A DNA stretch of 64,000 nucleotides, from positions 101,060,001-101,124,000 of the forward strand of contig NC_043005.1 in assembly GCF_006345805.1 (NCBI RefSeq), read 5' to 3'. Source of the DNA: Octopus sinensis (lineage: Eukaryota). Positions 61,211 to 64,000 of the stretch are shown here, one piece after another. Numbering within the stretch: position 1 is the stretch's first letter; each line of letters starts with the position of its first letter. A model generated the notes under the pieces. That model saw only the letters and a list, made by a program, of their open reading frames with translations, did no database searches and had not been told where the DNA came from. A program made the translations under genes and the position numbers.

Positions 61211-61591
61211 TCTCTTTTACTTGTTTCAGTCATTTGACTGTGGCCATGCTGGAGCACCACCTTTAGTTGAGCAAATTGACCCCAGGACTTATTCTTTGTA
61301 AGCCTAGAACTTATTCTATGGGTCTCTTTTGCTGAACCGCTAGGTTACAGGGACGTAAACACACCAACATTGGTTGTCAAGCGATGTTGGGGGGACAAAC
61401 ACAGACACATACATACATACATATATACGGCGGGCTTCTTTCAGTTTCTGTCAACCAAATCCACTCACAAGGCTTTGGTCAGCCCGAGGCTATAGTAGAA
61501 GACACTTGCCCAAGGTGCCACGCAGTGGGACTGAACCCGGAACCATGTGGTTGGTAAGCAAGCTACTTACCACACAGCCACTCCTGTGCCT
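61211..61591 (-). mobile_element. SINE family A, full length
   Basis: Complete head, core and tail. Confidence 0.88.
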
Positions 61592-64000
61592 ATATCTAAC
61601 ATTATTATAGACTCATCTATAATGAACTTTCATCTGTTCCAAATTATTAGATTGCCATCATCATCATTATGCTCAGTATCGCTGAAGCCTACAGTATAAT
61701 GTATTGTCAAAATTGGTGCAGCACTAGTCAACATACCCTGCAGTACTTAGATGCATTGTTTTATATTGTATTTTCAAATTCCCTTGCAGTCAACTTAAAT
61801 CTTCCATCTGTTGATAAAATAATTAGTAATCAGACAACAGATTTAATTTGATCAACAGTTCTACTCTTATAGAATGTACAGCCTTGCTAGAAGTCAAATT
61901 TGAAAGTAGTAGAGGGATGGATCTAATGCAGTATTCACTTTACATCACCCAACATCTTGAGTTCAAATCCCAGTCAGCTCAGCCTTTCATCATTCGATGT
62001 GTAATAAAACATTTAGCAATCAAGTGTTAGGGAGAATTTAAATCAATTGTTCCTTCAAAAGTAAGTTTCAAAAACCAATTATGATTATAGCCCATCCAAT
62101 GATGTCTGACAATATCTTGGTTCCAGCTTGGTTCCACCTTCTCACAATTTAATATCCAGCCTCAAATAATGCAACATAAAATTTAATTATGCAGGGTGTG
62201 GCTTTATATTGAAAATGGCATGGTCGTATGAAAATATAATGAAAAAAAAATGAATTGCTTTATATTGGAATAGTTGGAGGGAAATTTAGTATTTCATTTA
62301 TTTTTCTTACCTTTTGTCTATAGTAAAATAACCCAAGGTCTCTGACAGACCTCAGAGTCAAGAAAGACTGTATCACAAATGTCCCTGTAATGAATAGAGC
62401 AATTGTATCCAGCATTTTACCAGCTGCATGCAGTTATCAAATTACATCTAACAGAATAGGGCCATTATGTATAAAAGATACAAAACATGAGTACGAGGCT
62501 CAGGAATTGGATACAACAAGGATGATTAGAAGAGGAGAGACAAGTAGGACAAGAATACCTGAGTGACAGTGGCATGAACTCAGTCAGATCTGAGGAGCAG
62601 AGGTCATTATCATAGTAGTAGAAAAGGCAGAAGGAGAGGAAAGAAAGCATCTGCGAGTAAGAAGTTGGAGCTTCTCTATGCATGATTTTATGTCAATCCG
62701 TTTGGTGACCTTTTGCGACAAGCGGTCTGGAATGTCTCCATGGCACTGTGCTAGATGTGAGAGCGATATTGTATGGGCTTCATCTGAACTTTATAGACTA
62801 TCAATGAATTAATAGCTGGGCCCTGAAGAGAAGGGCCAAATATGTATGTGTGCATAAAGTAATATTAGTGGCGGTGTATGTAATTCATTTGTACGATGCA
62901 TTGATTCCCTTGTTTCTACTTATGATTCAAGCTGATTCAATTCAGTCAGCTGTTTTAGCAGTGTATGATATGGATGTATAGATATAATATTTATACTGAA
63001 TCCATTGACTGAACCGTTGCATTTAGCTGGTAAATGTTGGGAAAATAGAGATGGAAGATTTTTCCCAGTATATTGGTTCTAATGCTCATTCAATCTTTAC
63101 GTATACTCTAGGGTGTCTCTCCTTTGTAAATTTCAAGGAGTATTATACATAATATAATACCTTATGAACAATACTCCTACTAGTATATAATCCTTCTTCA
63201 TACTTTATATGGGAAGGGATGAAGCTAGCATCCTCAACAAGAGAATTTCAAAAATGTGCACGAAAGACAAAAAAGAAATGCATTAACAGAAAAACTGAGC
63301 ATAAAAGACATTAGATGAAGGGCGCAAGAAAGAAAACTGCACTGGTGCAGATGCATATGGATGGGGATAGCTGTATAAAGAAGTACTGTTCCCTTAATGA
63401 AGACGGAGATTGTGGAAAAGGGAAACCTAAGAAGAAGGAACAAAGTGGTAAACAAAGGCTGATTTCAGGACCTTAAACTGCATGTACGAGATGACAAAAG
63501 ACTCAGATGACTGAGGAATCCTGCCTAACCTCAAAGAAACTGAGATTCTGGAAGCAAAATATACAATTTCCCCTTCTACCCAATTTTATCCTTAAGCTAT
63601 TCCCACCACCTATCATGTCTTTAACCGCACTATATTGCAGCTGTTATCAAATATGAGTAGAACACAGAACTGTATACTTCATTTTTCTCCTTGATACTTC
63701 CACCCATCCCTTTTAGCACTCAGAACCATTTCACTGTTACCCATCTTCCGTTCTCAATACTCTTCTCTCCATCCACATTTTACATTGATCACCCTCCAGA
63801 ACCACCAAATTATCTCTCTTCCACCACCATACATCTCCCTACTCCACTTTCTATCTCTTACCCCCACACACTCACAACCTACACGCCAACATGTCACCTT
63901 CCCTTCACTCTTTCATCCATCCTCTCTCTTACTTCCCTTGTCAACTGTATCAGCATTATTATTATTACTATTCTGGTGCTCTTTGCCACCTCTTTTCTGC

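Noticed and set aside
62311-62384. Upstream coding exon with donor AAG|GTAAGA
   Set aside because: Only open frame ends in phase 0 whereas exon 2 needs phase 1; could only be untranslated
148-63455. Most ORFs in the supplied track (poly-IY, CV, TH, I, L, N runs and SINE-derived ORFs)
   Set aside because: Translations of TA/CA/AAT microsatellites or of SINE sequence; no protein signal
63560-63960. Possible LINE endonuclease relic on the minus strand
   Set aside because: Many stops and only vague resemblance

Overview
Eukaryotic, AT-rich, repeat-saturated DNA. The SINE, microsatellite and Penelope complement points to a cephalopod, most likely Octopus (inference, no database search). The only host gene I can support is on the minus strand: two exons missed by the ORF track (54782-54907, 126 nt; 35245-35369, 125 nt) that splice in frame to ...FDACFESG/NLGRVD...RPDTCNPRFRVWFNF..., i.e. 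cytosolic carboxypeptidase 6 (AGBL4/CCP6). The first coding exon and exon 4 were not found, so the rest of the window is most likely intron. It holds dozens of tRNA-derived SINEs, RTE and Tx1/L1 fragments, a 4.1 kb Helitron and a 372 bp mini-Helitron, a near-complete mariner, Tc1- and TTAA-type MITEs, and a piggyBac inserted in a Penelope-like element. Best leads: (1) several unrelated small foldback (Penelope-type) elements carrying type I hammerhead ribozyme folds of one shared design, two essentially complete (28343-28388, 43158-43218); (2) a TSD-bounded 1466 bp ORF1-only retroelement inserted into a SINE head (7682-9147); (3) a piggyBac with an inverted internal duplication of its C-terminal region; (4) an unclassified 397 bp unit with identical 130 bp direct repeats. 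Almost all ORFs in the supplied track are microsatellite or antisense artefacts. Coordinates were counted by hand; those of degenerate repeats are approximate.
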